From a virus, in IMG/VR virus record IMGVR_UViG_3300036806_000429: a stretch of 64,000 nt of DNA, one strand, 5' to 3'. Of this stretch, positions 1 through 9,456 are shown piece after piece; positions within the stretch are counted from its first letter, which is position 1; every line of letters starts with the position of its first letter. The translations under genes were made by a program, and so were the position numbers. The notes beneath the pieces are model-generated. The model saw only the letters and a program-made list of their open reading frames with translations. It was not told where the DNA came from and did no database searches.

Positions 1-657
1 GCGGGGCAACTCGCCATCCGCAGCGTCCTGGTCGAGCGGTCCGGGCGGATGGCCGGCGCGCGCGGGCGAGCCGTCGGGCGCGAAGGCGCCGCCGGGCCCC
101 GAAGGGTCGAACGGGCCGACGCGGCGCTGCCAGATCACGCAAGGCTTCCCGCCCGGCGTTGCCGGGAGCGGCGCGGGCGTGTAGTGCGCGACCCACAACG
201 GGCGATCCAGCACGAAGTCCGGCTTGCCCAGGCGGCCGAAGTCGCGCTGCGTCACGTACACCATCGCCTCGCCGAACGACGACATCATGCCGCCCAGGAA
301 GGTGCGCAGCTGCTCCTGCCAGGCTGGTGCAATGGTCGCGACGTTGGGATCGTCTTCCACGTCCAGCGCAGGGCAAATGTCGCCCGCGCGCAGCCCCACG
401 TCCACGGCCGTCGACTCGAGCGCCTTGAGCTGGTCTGTGATCGGCTGGTTCGTTCTGAAGAAGGCATACAGGCCGATGCTCAAGCCTGCCGCGCGCGCCC
501 GCGCCACGTGAGCAACGGCGTTCGGGTCCTTCCAGACGCCGTACGTCGCGCGAACCATCGTGAAGCTGCAGCGCTTGGCGATCTGCTCGTACGTCACGCC
601 ACCAGGAGCGTTGGGGCTCTGGAAGTGGGAAACGTCGATGCCGTACGACCGCGCCAA
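1..657 (-). CDS. GH25-type lysozyme/muramidase (endolysin-like); 3' end runs off the window start
   Basis: Missing from the ORF track because it is truncated. My reverse translation from TTG at 657 gives LARSYGIDVSHFQSPNAPGGVTYEQIAKRCSFTMVRATYG...GLYAFF...PALDVEDD...LWVAHY...CVIWQ. This fits the GH25 GIDVSxxQG and D-x-E pattern. The frame is GC3-rich and GGAGAG lies upstream. Confidence 0.7.
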   Translation of the reverse strand, partial: MARSYGIDVSHFQSPNAPGGVTYEQIAKRCSFTMVRATYGVWKDPNAVAHVARARAAGLSIGLYAFFRTNQPITDQLKALESTAVDVGLRAGDICPALDVEDDPNVATIAPAWQEQLRTFLGGMMSSFGEAMVYVTQRDFGRLGKPDFVLDRPLWVAHYTPAPLPATPGGKPCVIWQRRVGPFDPSGPGGAFAPDGSPARAGHPPGPLDQDAADGELPR

Positions 658-663
658 GATGTG

Positions 664-1101
664 TTATCCTATCTCTCCTGGGTCGTTTTCACGATTCCTG
701 TCCGAGGGGTCGAAGCTCCGCCGGCCAATCTTCGACAGCGTGATTCGCACCGCCGGTTGCTCTGCGTGCGCCATGACTTGCAGCCTCACGTCGTCACAAT
801 ACAGCGTCGCGCGCTCGCCGCCCTTGATGGAGCCGGAGGCCTCCACGCGCTCTGCCACGAGTTGGACGCTCCTGAACTCCTGCGGACGCGAGATGGACAA
901 CTGCACGCCCAACGGGAATGAGCAGCGCTGCTGACACTCAGGGCAGGCGCCGCGCGCGGGGTGCTTCTCCACGAGCGTCACGCCACGAACGGTCGCCTGA
1001 AAGGCGGCGCCCTTCGCTCGAGTGAGCCAGGCGCGCGCCTGATCAGGGTCCGACAGATCGACGGCGTGCGTGCGGCCGTCTGCGGTGTGTATTCTCAGCA
1101 C
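664..1101 (-). CDS. hypothetical protein
   Basis: GTG start at 1101. The stop at 664 lies 6 nt upstream of the lysozyme TTG. GC3-rich. No motif recognised. Confidence 0.5.
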   Translation of the reverse strand: MLRIHTADGRTHAVDLSDPDQARAWLTRAKGAAFQATVRGVTLVEKHPARGACPECQQRCSFPLGVQLSISRPQEFRSVQLVAERVEASGSIKGGERATLYCDDVRLQVMAHAEQPAVRITLSKIGRRSFDPSDRNRENDPGEIG

Positions 1102-1131
1102 GACGGCCTTTCAAAGGCCGGCGGCCGGACT

Positions 1132-1503
1132 TCACTTCGGCTTGCCGCTCTTCTTGGGCGCGTCGCCGCCGTCCGCGGGTTGCTCGGCGGCCGGCGCGTC
1201 GCTCGCGGCGGCTTCCGGGGCGGCCGCTTGAGCGGACGCTTGGGCAGGCGCGGGCTGGGCCGGCGCCTCCGGCGGATCGTCGACCAAGACGCGGATGGAG
1301 CGCGCGATGTCCTTGCGCTCCTTGCGGATGAAGTCCAGCTCGTCGGCGGTGACTGGAAGCGTCGCCCCGGGCCGGAGATGCAGCGCGCCTTCACAGGACC
1401 GTCCGAAGCCGGGCCCTGGCTTGTCGCCTTCGCCCTTCTTCGTTGCTGGGAATCCTTCGACCTGGCAAAGCGGCGCGGTGGCGGCGTACTGAATCAACGG
1501 CAT
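1132..1503 (-). CDS. hypothetical protein with an Ala/Pro-rich acidic C-terminus
   Basis: AAGGAGA Shine-Dalgarno (SD) just upstream of ATG 1503. GC3-rich frame. Confidence 0.55.
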   Translation of the reverse strand: MPLIQYAATAPLCQVEGFPATKKGEGDKPGPGFGRSCEGALHLRPGATLPVTADELDFIRKERKDIARSIRVLVDDPPEAPAQPAPAQASAQAAAPEAAASDAPAAEQPADGGDAPKKSGKPK

Positions 1504-1538
1504 CGGGGCTGTCTCCTTGAAGCTGGGCGCGGTAGCGC

Positions 1539-2057
1539 TCAGCCCTCGTCGTCCGCCTCGTCGTCGTCGCCGTCGGCGTCTTGTGCCGCCAGCAACGCCG
1601 CCACGAGCGCGTCCTTGTTCGCGTTGGTGTCGACCTTCACGCCGCGCTCCTCCGCGAGCTCGCGGAGGGAGGCTTTGGTCTGCTTCGTCAGCTCGGCCTC
1701 GGTGAGCTTGCCATCGGCCGGCGTGGGCTCCTCGGGCTCCTCGTCGTCGTCGGCTTCTTCGTCGGCCTCGGGCGCCGGAGCGGGCTTCGAGGGCTTGCCC
1801 TTCTTCGCCTTGGCCGCCTTCGGGCCGCCGGCATCGCCGTGGTCGAAGTCCTCGTCACTCTCGTCGGGAGTGAGCGCGGCCGCCGCGCGCGGCTTCGTGC
1901 CTTCGAGCATCTCCACCGAAAAGCCGTGTTCCGCTTGGAACGTGAGGATCTCCGACTCATTGGTGGTGACGAAGCTCTGGCCGCGCGCGAGCACGCGACC
2001 GTGGCCGTTGTAGGTCAACGGCCCATTGTCCAGCAGAGTAATCTTGGCTTTTGCCAT
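1539..2057 (-). CDS. hypothetical protein downstream of the capsid gene, with a SAP/Rho-N-like helix-extended-helix motif
   Basis: ATG 2057 has a GGAGG SD (the track start at 2084 is an upstream alternative). The C-terminal LRELAEERGVKVDTNANKDALVAALL is flanked by poly-acidic runs. Confidence 0.6.
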   Translation of the reverse strand: MAKAKITLLDNGPLTYNGHGRVLARGQSFVTTNESEILTFQAEHGFSVEMLEGTKPRAAAALTPDESDEDFDHGDAGGPKAAKAKKGKPSKPAPAPEADEEADDDEEPEEPTPADGKLTEAELTKQTKASLRELAEERGVKVDTNANKDALVAALLAAQDADGDDDEADDEG

Positions 2058-2107
2058 CTCTTTGTGCCTCCTGAAATCAGCCAATCAAAGTGGCGGTTAC
2101 GTTACAA

Positions 2108-2128
2108 CCCTGGTGGTTGCCCACAGGG
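2108..2128 (-). terminator. hairpin just downstream of the capsid gene stop
   Basis: ccctggtgg / ccacaggg inverted repeat with a 4-nt loop. There is no clear U-tract. Confidence 0.3.
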
Positions 2129-2139
2129 CGGCGTCAGAA

Positions 2140-3342
2140 TCAGACGCCGGTGCCGACGTTGCGGACCTTGACCAGCGCGGTGAGCTCCTCGATTTGCACC
2201 GAGACCTTCGCCGTGATGGCGTACTGGTTCACGCCCTTGTAGATGTCGCGATCCTTCTCGATGCGCACGTCGCGACCGATGCCGATCACGAAGTTGTTCA
2301 TGTGCGTGAGCATGATCTGCGGGTTGCTCTGGTACGTCACCTTCACGGTGTTGCCCGAGCCGATGGCGCCAGCGCCGTTGCGGGTGATGGTGCCGTTGGT
2401 GTAGTCCACGACATAGTCCGTCGTTTCGATGAACGGCGTGGTCGGCGCCGAGCCCAGCGAGGTCGGCGTGATGACGACGTTCGCGATGGGGCCGCCCTTC
2501 AAGGCCGTCGGAGTCGTGCCGGTGAGCACGATGTGCTCGACCGTCAGCGGCTGGAACTGCCACAGGGGCACCGGAATCGCCGGGATGCCGAACGGGCCTG
2601 GCGTGCCGCCGCCTCCGCCCACGGCGGAGTCGCCGAGGAGGGTGGCGCGCGTCGACAGCTTCTCCAGGTACAGCTGCCAGAGGTCGGGCGAGATGAACCA
2701 GCGCAGCTGGCTCTTGTCGCGGCGGAACTTCGTGGGCAGCGCGCGAATCGCCTTGGAGAATACCGACAGGCCGATGTTCTGGCCCGCGGCGTTGACGATG
2801 TTCGCTTGGTCGCCCAAGAGGCTCCAGCCGTCCTGCAAGGCCAGGTAGGAGTCGGCCACGTACTGGGTGCTGCTGCCACCCTCCAGCAAGTCGCTCTGGA
2901 GCCGCGCGGGGCCGAGCTTGTTGCCGTTGATGTACAGGTCCTCCATGTCGTTGGCGAGCTGCGTGGCGAACAGCCGGATGATGGTGTCCTCCACGTTGTC
3001 GCCTTCGATGTTGATCTCACGGAAGGTGTCGCCGATCTCGATCGGCACCATGATCTCCACGGGAGTCAACGTGATCTTCGACGTGGTCACGCCACGGCGC
3101 ACGTTCGGGTCGCTGGCCTCCGCCTTCGGCACCGCGACGCGCTTGCCGACGCCGATCTTGTCGATCGTCAGCGACTCGTTGCGGAAACGGACGATGCGGG
3201 CGTTGTTCTTCAACACCGTTTCGTCGATCACGTAGTCGATGAACTTGTCCGACTGCGCGGGGTTGAGCTTGCCGCCTGTGGCCAAAGCATCGGCCGTGAT
3301 GACCGCCTTCTTGACCAGCTCCTCGTTGTTCACGTTCGCCAT
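2140..3342 (-). CDS. major capsid protein (HK97-fold type)
   Basis: 400 aa with a strong AGGAGG SD, directly after the scaffold gene. Length and overall sequence pattern are typical of phage major capsid proteins. The call comes from recall and synteny only. Confidence 0.85.
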   Translation of the reverse strand: MANVNNEELVKKAVITADALATGGKLNPAQSDKFIDYVIDETVLKNNARIVRFRNESLTIDKIGVGKRVAVPKAEASDPNVRRGVTTSKITLTPVEIMVPIEIGDTFREINIEGDNVEDTIIRLFATQLANDMEDLYINGNKLGPARLQSDLLEGGSSTQYVADSYLALQDGWSLLGDQANIVNAAGQNIGLSVFSKAIRALPTKFRRDKSQLRWFISPDLWQLYLEKLSTRATLLGDSAVGGGGGTPGPFGIPAIPVPLWQFQPLTVEHIVLTGTTPTALKGGPIANVVITPTSLGSAPTTPFIETTDYVVDYTNGTITRNGAGAIGSGNTVKVTYQSNPQIMLTHMNNFVIGIGRDVRIEKDRDIYKGVNQYAITAKVSVQIEELTALVKVRNVGTGV

Positions 3343-3405
3343 GTTAAACCTGTGCCTCCTGATGGTGTTTGAACTTGCCGGATCTGGTCAAAGATCCAGT
3401 GATTC

Positions 3406-4218
3406 TCAGAGAACGCCGCCCCACATCGAGCTCTTCTGCGTCTTGGTCTCCGTGCCGCCCTCGCCTTCGAGGGATTCGCTGCTTGGGCGCGCCTTCTTGA
3501 TGGAGGCCGTTTCGGCTTCGATCGTCGCCACCTTGTCGGTGAGCGCCTTCAGAACCGTGGTGATGTTGGTGAGAGCGGCCACCACCTCCGGGTCCGCGGA
3601 CTTGATCGTGGGCGTCTCGCTCGGCTTGGTCAGGTCCTTCACGCCGGAGGCGCCGAAGCTGGTGCCGCTCGGAGTGCTCACGCCCGGGTTGGTGCCCTGC
3701 TCGACGGAATCGATGAGCAGCTTCAGGATCTCCTGCGCCGCCTTCAGCTTCTCGATGCGGTCGGGGGTGAACTGCTTCGCCTTGGACACGGCGGAGGCCA
3801 CCACGTCCATGACGTTCTCCGACGTGAGCGCCGGAGTGGCCGCGCCTTCGTCGGCCTTGGTGACGGGCGGCTGCGCCGTCGGGAACTTTTGGTTGGGGTC
3901 GAAGCCAGCCTTTTTCGCCTTCTCGAGCGCCGCCGTCAGCGCTTCGCCCTCCAGGCCGGCCGCCTTCATCATGTCGGCCATCGTGGTGTACTTCTGGCCC
4001 TTCTTCGCCTTCTCGATCGCCTCGGCCTCGTCGGCTCCGGCGGCAGGCGCCGCGGCGGCAGGCATCGCAATGCCCGCCATCTTCGCGATGTCGGCCACGA
4101 TCGCACCCACGTGTTGGAGCGCGGCAGTCACATCGTTTTCGCCAGCCGTCTTCTCCACCGTGACGCGCTCGGCGCCTCCGGCCAACGCGGCGTTAGTGGC
4201 AACATTCGGCTCGGCCAT
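3406..4218 (-). CDS. scaffolding protein
   Basis: ATG 4218 has a GGAGGA SD. The protein is Ala/Glu/Lys-rich and helical-looking, and sits between the protease and capsid genes. The same frame stays open upstream to 4386 and there encodes DEVSLVDKPAN (see finding). Confidence 0.6.
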   Translation of the reverse strand: MAEPNVATNAALAGGAERVTVEKTAGENDVTAALQHVGAIVADIAKMAGIAMPAAAAPAAGADEAEAIEKAKKGQKYTTMADMMKAAGLEGEALTAALEKAKKAGFDPNQKFPTAQPPVTKADEGAATPALTSENVMDVVASAVSKAKQFTPDRIEKLKAAQEILKLLIDSVEQGTNPGVSTPSGTSFGASGVKDLTKPSETPTIKSADPEVVAALTNITTVLKALTDKVATIEAETASIKKARPSSESLEGEGGTETKTQKSSMWGGVL

Positions 4219-4348
4219 GTCACTGTCCTCCAGGTTCTTTGTCACTAAAAACTGAACTTCGTTCGCGGGCTTGTCGACGAGGGACACCTCATCGACTGTC
4301 AAGTCCAAGAATCGTCTTTTCGGCTCGCGGGGCAAAATTCTCTCCAGC

Positions 4349-4987
4349 TCAGCTCTTGAGGCTTTGGACCTTGGCTTTGCCGCCAATCGAGAAGCCGGTG
4401 ATGGACCCGGACTTGACCATGGTCCAGATCTTACTGTCCAGCACCTTCACGGTCATAATCCAAGAGCCGGCTTTGACGAGCGTTGAGCCCAACGCGAAGT
4501 CCATCGGCGCCAGGTAGCTTTCGACCAACGCGAAGCGCCCATCCCAGTTCTTGAAGTCCTTGTGCTGGTGGCCGAGCTTGGTGCTGTCGTTGTAGGACGC
4601 CAAGAAGTTGAAGGCGGCCTTCCGGATCACAGCCGCGTCGTAGATGTCACCTTGCGCGTCCGTCGTCTCCGGCGCGAGCACGACGCCGCACACGGTCTGT
4701 TCCTCGTCGTTCGCCTTGGCGATCTCCACGAACATCTTGGCCACGTCCTTGGCCTTTTTCATGGAGCAGTCGGCGCCCTTCTCGCACTTCGCGAGCTCCT
4801 TGGCGCTCTTGCCGCAGGCGCACTTCTCTTCCACCTTCGGCTTCAGCTTGCCGGGTGCGTGTGCCGGGCCGAGCTTGCCGCCATTGGCCAGGCTGTCAGC
4901 CGTGATCGTGTCCTTTTTCGCCCGCGCCGCCTTGGTCAGATCGGCGATGGCGATGAGGTGTTGCTGCACGGCTGCGTTTCCAGACAC
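4349..4987 (-). CDS. prohead protease, XkdF/S78-like (possibly continued in another frame)
   Basis: VCGVVLAPETTDAQGDIYDAAVIRKAAFNFL...GHQHKDF...SGSITGFSIGGKA resembles XkdF-type phage serine proteases. The position between the MuF-like and scaffold genes also fits. Confidence 0.6.
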   Translation of the reverse strand: MSGNAAVQQHLIAIADLTKAARAKKDTITADSLANGGKLGPAHAPGKLKPKVEEKCACGKSAKELAKCEKGADCSMKKAKDVAKMFVEIAKANDEEQTVCGVVLAPETTDAQGDIYDAAVIRKAAFNFLASYNDSTKLGHQHKDFKNWDGRFALVESYLAPMDFALGSTLVKAGSWIMTVKVLDSKIWTMVKSGSITGFSIGGKAKVQSLKS

Positions 4988-5021
4988 GAAGGAAACGATA
5001 AAAGCCCGTGGCGCGGCGGCG

Positions 5022-6137
5022 CTAATCCCCCGCCAGCGCGCCGTACGTCAACGACTCCTCGGCCACGTCCACCGTTGTGCGGCAGCGAAAGTGGAAAGGA
5101 GGGAACAGCTGCCCGGCTTCGCTCAGCGCCTTGGCGCCCTTGCCCAGGAGCTCTGAGAGCTTGCCCGAGCCCAGCCACGGCTTGATGGCCTTGTATTCGT
5201 CCGGGTCGCCCGCCGCGTTCAATGCGGCGATCTGGTCCATCGCGTCACCCACCAGGAAGCTCGTTCCGTTGAGCTCGGCGCACTGCTCCGTCGTCCGGTC
5301 GTCCATGGGATTGACGAGCTCGTACCGCTCGATGCCGATGTTGGCGAAGCTGGTGAGCGTGCCTTGAACTCGAGCGTTGGTGACGGCGTTGGCGGCGAGC
5401 CCCTCGAAGTACTGGATGGCCGAGCCTGTGTAGCCTTCGGGCAGCTCCAGCGTTGCGAGCTTCTCCGCCACCGTATCCTCCACGATGGCGCCGGCCGCCT
5501 CCTTGCTCAGGCCCTCCACCAGCTTCGTGGTCAGCGCTTCGCGGATCGTTGGCGCCACGTTCTTGTAGGCGTCGCCGATCCAGATCATCTCCTGGGATTG
5601 GAGTGCGTCGATGGCGTGTTCATCCTTCACGTCGAAGCTGAACTTCAGGTCCATCGTCTTGCCGCCGCTCTTGCCGGCCTTCTGCACCTGCTCGGCGAAG
5701 TTGGGAACGTTGTATTGCAATGACGCCTTGGTCTTGCCGGTCGCCTTCTTCCAACCGGCACGGCGCCCGAGCCGGTACACGTCCTCCACGTTGCGTTGGT
5801 AGCCGGCGGACACGTCGCCCTTCCACTGCTTCATCGCAGCGTCGACAGCTCCAGCTGCGCCCTTCACGCTGCCGCCTCCGCGAACGACGGCCGCCGCGCT
5901 CTTGGCGGCTTGGTTCGCGCGCACCGTCCACTTCTTGTACAGTAGCTCGCGCGCGCGTTGTTCGATCCGAGCCATCTGAACGACCTCGGGCAACGCCAGC
6001 GCTTTGGCCACAAGCCGGTCCGACTCGCGCAGAAAGATGTCCAGCTGTTCGATGTTGGCGCAGGCCACGCACGCCTTGCGCGCCAAGATGATCAGCGGCG
6101 CCGGCTTCACTCGAGCTCGCCGCCCTGATCCTGCCAC
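5022..6137 (-). CDS. head morphogenesis protein, Mu F / SPP1 gp7 family
   Basis: NPMDDRTTEQCAELNG...PPFHFRCRTT signature. Follows the portal gene. Confidence 0.8.
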   Translation of the reverse strand: MAGSGRRARVKPAPLIILARKACVACANIEQLDIFLRESDRLVAKALALPEVVQMARIEQRARELLYKKWTVRANQAAKSAAAVVRGGGSVKGAAGAVDAAMKQWKGDVSAGYQRNVEDVYRLGRRAGWKKATGKTKASLQYNVPNFAEQVQKAGKSGGKTMDLKFSFDVKDEHAIDALQSQEMIWIGDAYKNVAPTIREALTTKLVEGLSKEAAGAIVEDTVAEKLATLELPEGYTGSAIQYFEGLAANAVTNARVQGTLTSFANIGIERYELVNPMDDRTTEQCAELNGTSFLVGDAMDQIAALNAAGDPDEYKAIKPWLGSGKLSELLGKGAKALSEAGQLFPPFHFRCRTTVDVAEESLTYGALAGD

Positions 6138-7984
6138 ATCTTGGTGACCATGGCGTTCAACGCGGTGAGCTTCTTGGCCACCTCGTCGCGCGGCGTGTTT
6201 TCGTCGATGCCCAACTGAAATTCGTTGTCATCGCCCAGGAAGCCCATCGCCTTCAAGGTCTTGATCGCCGTGACCTGCTGGCCGGGCTCAGCCGGGTCTG
6301 CCATGTTCTTCACGGCCTCGGCCATGGTCAGGCTGAACGGCGTGTCCGCCGGGAAGCCTTGTGGGAATTCGGGCAGGTCTTGGTTCAACACCTCGGCCAG
6401 GACGTGGCGCGCGATACGCGGCGTCATGCCGCCCGTCTTCTCGGCGCCTGCCAGGATCTTCACGAGCTCCGCGTTGTCCGTGGTGTTCGGGCTGTTGGAC
6501 TTGAATTTGTGGTAGATCACGTCCATCTCCGGGAACACGACGCGATTCACCAGAGCATCCCACTCGTCGCGCTCGGGCGCGAACACCTGCTCATCGGCGA
6601 TCCGCCGCGAGGCCTCCGCCGTCGCGCGGCTGTAGTCATCGGCGCGCCCCACGAAGATGGGCGGTAACCGGAACGCGCGGCGCACCTTGTCTTGGTTGTT
6701 CTTGGAATATTCTTGGAACAGAGCGTCTTTGTGCTGGTTGGTCGTGAGTGGCTTGATGTCGATCTTGACCTGCCCGCCGTCCTCGCCCTCCTCGCCGAAC
6801 GGCTCGCCCTCGACGATCAAGAATTTGCTGTAATTGTCGCTGCCTTGGATCTGGCTCTCCACGAACGACTGGATGCGGTCGATGGTGCCCTGGGTGAGCT
6901 GGCCGTTGGAGACGCACACCACCATCGACGGGATGTTGTTGTTGCGAAAAGTGATGTAGTTGATCTCCTCGCTGGCGCGGTCGCCGAAGATGCTCAGGAG
7001 GTTGCCGATGAAACGGGGCAGGCCATAGGGCGAGCGGGAACAGTAGATGCGCAGGTGCATCACCTCGTTGGCCTCGTCGCCCGGCTTCACGTCCTCCTTG
7101 TACTCGCCGGTGTGCTTGTCCATCTTCCGCGGATCGCCAAACTGCTTGAACCAGCGGATCTTGGTGCCAAGAACGGCCTGGAGCGAGCGGCCATAGACGG
7201 CGCGTGACTGCGCGAAGCGCCGGAAGCGCTTCCACTCCTTCACTTTCTTCACCGCCACCGAGCCGTCCGGCTGCAGCTCGACGATCTTGCGGTCCACCAG
7301 CATCGCCTCGTCGTCCAATCGCCCGAGGCGCATCTGATACGAGGGCATGTGCGTGAAGGCTTGGATCTCGCCGGTCTGGTTCCTGATCACCTCGAAGTAG
7401 GCGTTGCCTGTGGCTTCAAGGTCGCGCCGGCACTTCCGCCGGAACTGGACGAACGACTCGTCAGTGCAGTACATGAAGAAGTTGCTGATGCGTGCGAATT
7501 CTGCTTGGCTCTCTGCCACCTCCTTGGGCGCCTGCGCCTCGCGCGCGGGCGGCGTGGGGTCGCCACCAGCGGCCTTGTTGGTGGACTCGGATTGGCCCTC
7601 GGCCACGAAGGTCGGATCCACCGCGTCCTTCTTCAGGCGCGGGATGAAGCGATAGCCGAAGCCCTCGATGTTGACTTCCATCGCCTCGATGCACTGGTTC
7701 AGCTCGCTGTTGTGCTCGCACAGCATCGACAGCGTCAGCATGTCAAACGGCGGCTCGATGATCTTGCCCTGCTGCGACAGCGCGCTCCAGGGCTCCTCCG
7801 GCAGCGCCTCCGACGGCTCCGGCGCCGCGGAGCTCGACGTGGCCCCGTTCGCCTTTCGCACCTCGATGATCTTGGCGCTCACCTCACGGAGCGCTCCGTG
7901 GTTGGCTCCGTTCCCCGATGCGTTGGCCTTCTTGATGTCGACGACGTTGGGCGCTGCTTTGGACTCGGCTGCGGGCTCGCTCAT
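6107..7984 (-). CDS. portal protein
   Basis: 625 aa immediately downstream of the large terminase and upstream of the MuF-like gene. Called from size and synteny. The family was not determined. Confidence 0.8.
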   Translation of the reverse strand: MSEPAAESKAAPNVVDIKKANASGNGANHGALREVSAKIIEVRKANGATSSSAAPEPSEALPEEPWSALSQQGKIIEPPFDMLTLSMLCEHNSELNQCIEAMEVNIEGFGYRFIPRLKKDAVDPTFVAEGQSESTNKAAGGDPTPPAREAQAPKEVAESQAEFARISNFFMYCTDESFVQFRRKCRRDLEATGNAYFEVIRNQTGEIQAFTHMPSYQMRLGRLDDEAMLVDRKIVELQPDGSVAVKKVKEWKRFRRFAQSRAVYGRSLQAVLGTKIRWFKQFGDPRKMDKHTGEYKEDVKPGDEANEVMHLRIYCSRSPYGLPRFIGNLLSIFGDRASEEINYITFRNNNIPSMVVCVSNGQLTQGTIDRIQSFVESQIQGSDNYSKFLIVEGEPFGEEGEDGGQVKIDIKPLTTNQHKDALFQEYSKNNQDKVRRAFRLPPIFVGRADDYSRATAEASRRIADEQVFAPERDEWDALVNRVVFPEMDVIYHKFKSNSPNTTDNAELVKILAGAEKTGGMTPRIARHVLAEVLNQDLPEFPQGFPADTPFSLTMAEAVKNMADPAEPGQQVTAIKTLKAMGFLGDDNEFQLGIDENTPRDEVAKKLTALNAMVTKMWQDQGGELE

Positions 7985-7989
7985 GCCCG

Positions 7990-9456
7990 CTAGATTACGC
8001 CTGGCTCAGTGTCGCGGCGGCGCCGACGGCTTCTTGACTTGGACGCGCTTACGGCCATGTCGAAGGCGTCGAACAGATCCTTGTACCTGTGATTGGGAAA
8101 AAGCACCATGTGTTCGATCAGAAGCTGTTGTGACTTCATGAAGAACACCTTCTTGTCCTCGAAGATGGCCGACAGCTTCCAAGCGCGCGTCGTCTTGTCC
8201 TTGTCCGTCTTCAACGGCTTGAGCCGCAGCTCGGGCTTCGTCTCGCGCAGCGTTTGGTATTGGGCTTCCTGATATGCGTTGGTCTCAATCGCAATTCGGA
8301 TTGGGTCCCAACGCTTGGCGAAGTCGATGATCTTGGCCGTTTGGGCCGAGAAGCGCAGTTGGTCCTCGAAGTAGTCCAACACGTAGTAGGCCGTGCGCTC
8401 CGGCGTGACGCCGATGACGACGATCGCAAACTTGTCCGCCGTTTCCTTCTCGCTGATGGCGAGATCGACCCCCATGTACACACGGAGCTCGGACTTGTCG
8501 GGGCAATCCTTGTCGGGGATCTGCTGGCAGTCGTCGTACTGGAACACCTCGCCCTTCATGGCCTCGGTGTCGCATTGGTACTGGGCGTTGAAGATGATGA
8601 CGCCGGCTTTCCGGCGCTTCTCCGCGAACCACTTGGGCGGGTACTTCTTGGGCCAAGGCGAACGCCCGCGATGGTCCAGCCCCGGAACGATGTTGTGGTG
8701 CTCCTTCAGCTCGTTCGCGATGAGATGGCCGTACAGGTCGTCATAGTGGTACCTGGTGCCCAGCCGATGGTGCTCGCCGCGATGAGGCACGCTCGGGTCG
8801 GGCGGCTCCAGGGTCGGGTCCAGGGTCTGGTAGTACCACGTCCGCGTCTTGTCGCGTTGGTTCTTGGTGCGGCTGTTCTCCTCGTCCACCAAGTCGTCGC
8901 TGATGATCACATCGTAGTGCTTCGACACGATCGTGGTGTCGACGCCGACGCAAGTGATGGAAGCCTCCTTGTTGGGCCTCTTGCGCGGGAGCACTTCGAT
9001 CTCGCGGTTGTCCCACTTCGTGACCTTCCGCGGGTCGTAGTATTCGCCAAATATCTCAGCCAGAAGCTGGTTCGACTCGAAGTGGTTCTTGATCTCCTTC
9101 AGGAACCCTTCGGCGTTCGCCGCCGTCTTCGACGCCAACAGAATCCGCAGATCTGGATTCTTCAGCAGAAGGTGGATGGCCTTCGTGACCGTGCAGCTCG
9201 TCGTCTTGCCGGCGCCGCGGAAGGCGAGCTGAAGATTGTCAGGGTGGATGAACTGGAACCGCAACAGCTCGCGGTGGAACGGCTGCAGCTCGTTGCCCAG
9301 CACCACGTTCGCCAGGATGTCGATCCTGTTGTTCTGGATGACCTGGCGCTTGATCCACTCGTTGCCCATGCCCCGAGCGTGCTTGTACTGATCGATCAGC
9401 TCCGAGCGCTCGCCGGTGGCGATGGCTCGCTTGACAGCGAGCGACGCGACGGACAT
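7990..9456 (-). CDS. terminase large subunit
   Basis: Walker A FRGAGKTT, Walker B-like VIISDDLVDEE, and a C-terminal RNaseH-like nuclease region (YMGVDLAISE). Confidence 0.9.
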   Translation of the reverse strand: MSVASLAVKRAIATGERSELIDQYKHARGMGNEWIKRQVIQNNRIDILANVVLGNELQPFHRELLRFQFIHPDNLQLAFRGAGKTTSCTVTKAIHLLLKNPDLRILLASKTAANAEGFLKEIKNHFESNQLLAEIFGEYYDPRKVTKWDNREIEVLPRKRPNKEASITCVGVDTTIVSKHYDVIISDDLVDEENSRTKNQRDKTRTWYYQTLDPTLEPPDPSVPHRGEHHRLGTRYHYDDLYGHLIANELKEHHNIVPGLDHRGRSPWPKKYPPKWFAEKRRKAGVIIFNAQYQCDTEAMKGEVFQYDDCQQIPDKDCPDKSELRVYMGVDLAISEKETADKFAIVVIGVTPERTAYYVLDYFEDQLRFSAQTAKIIDFAKRWDPIRIAIETNAYQEAQYQTLRETKPELRLKPLKTDKDKTTRAWKLSAIFEDKKVFFMKSQQLLIEHMVLFPNHRYKDLFDAFDMAVSASKSRSRRRRRDTEPGVI

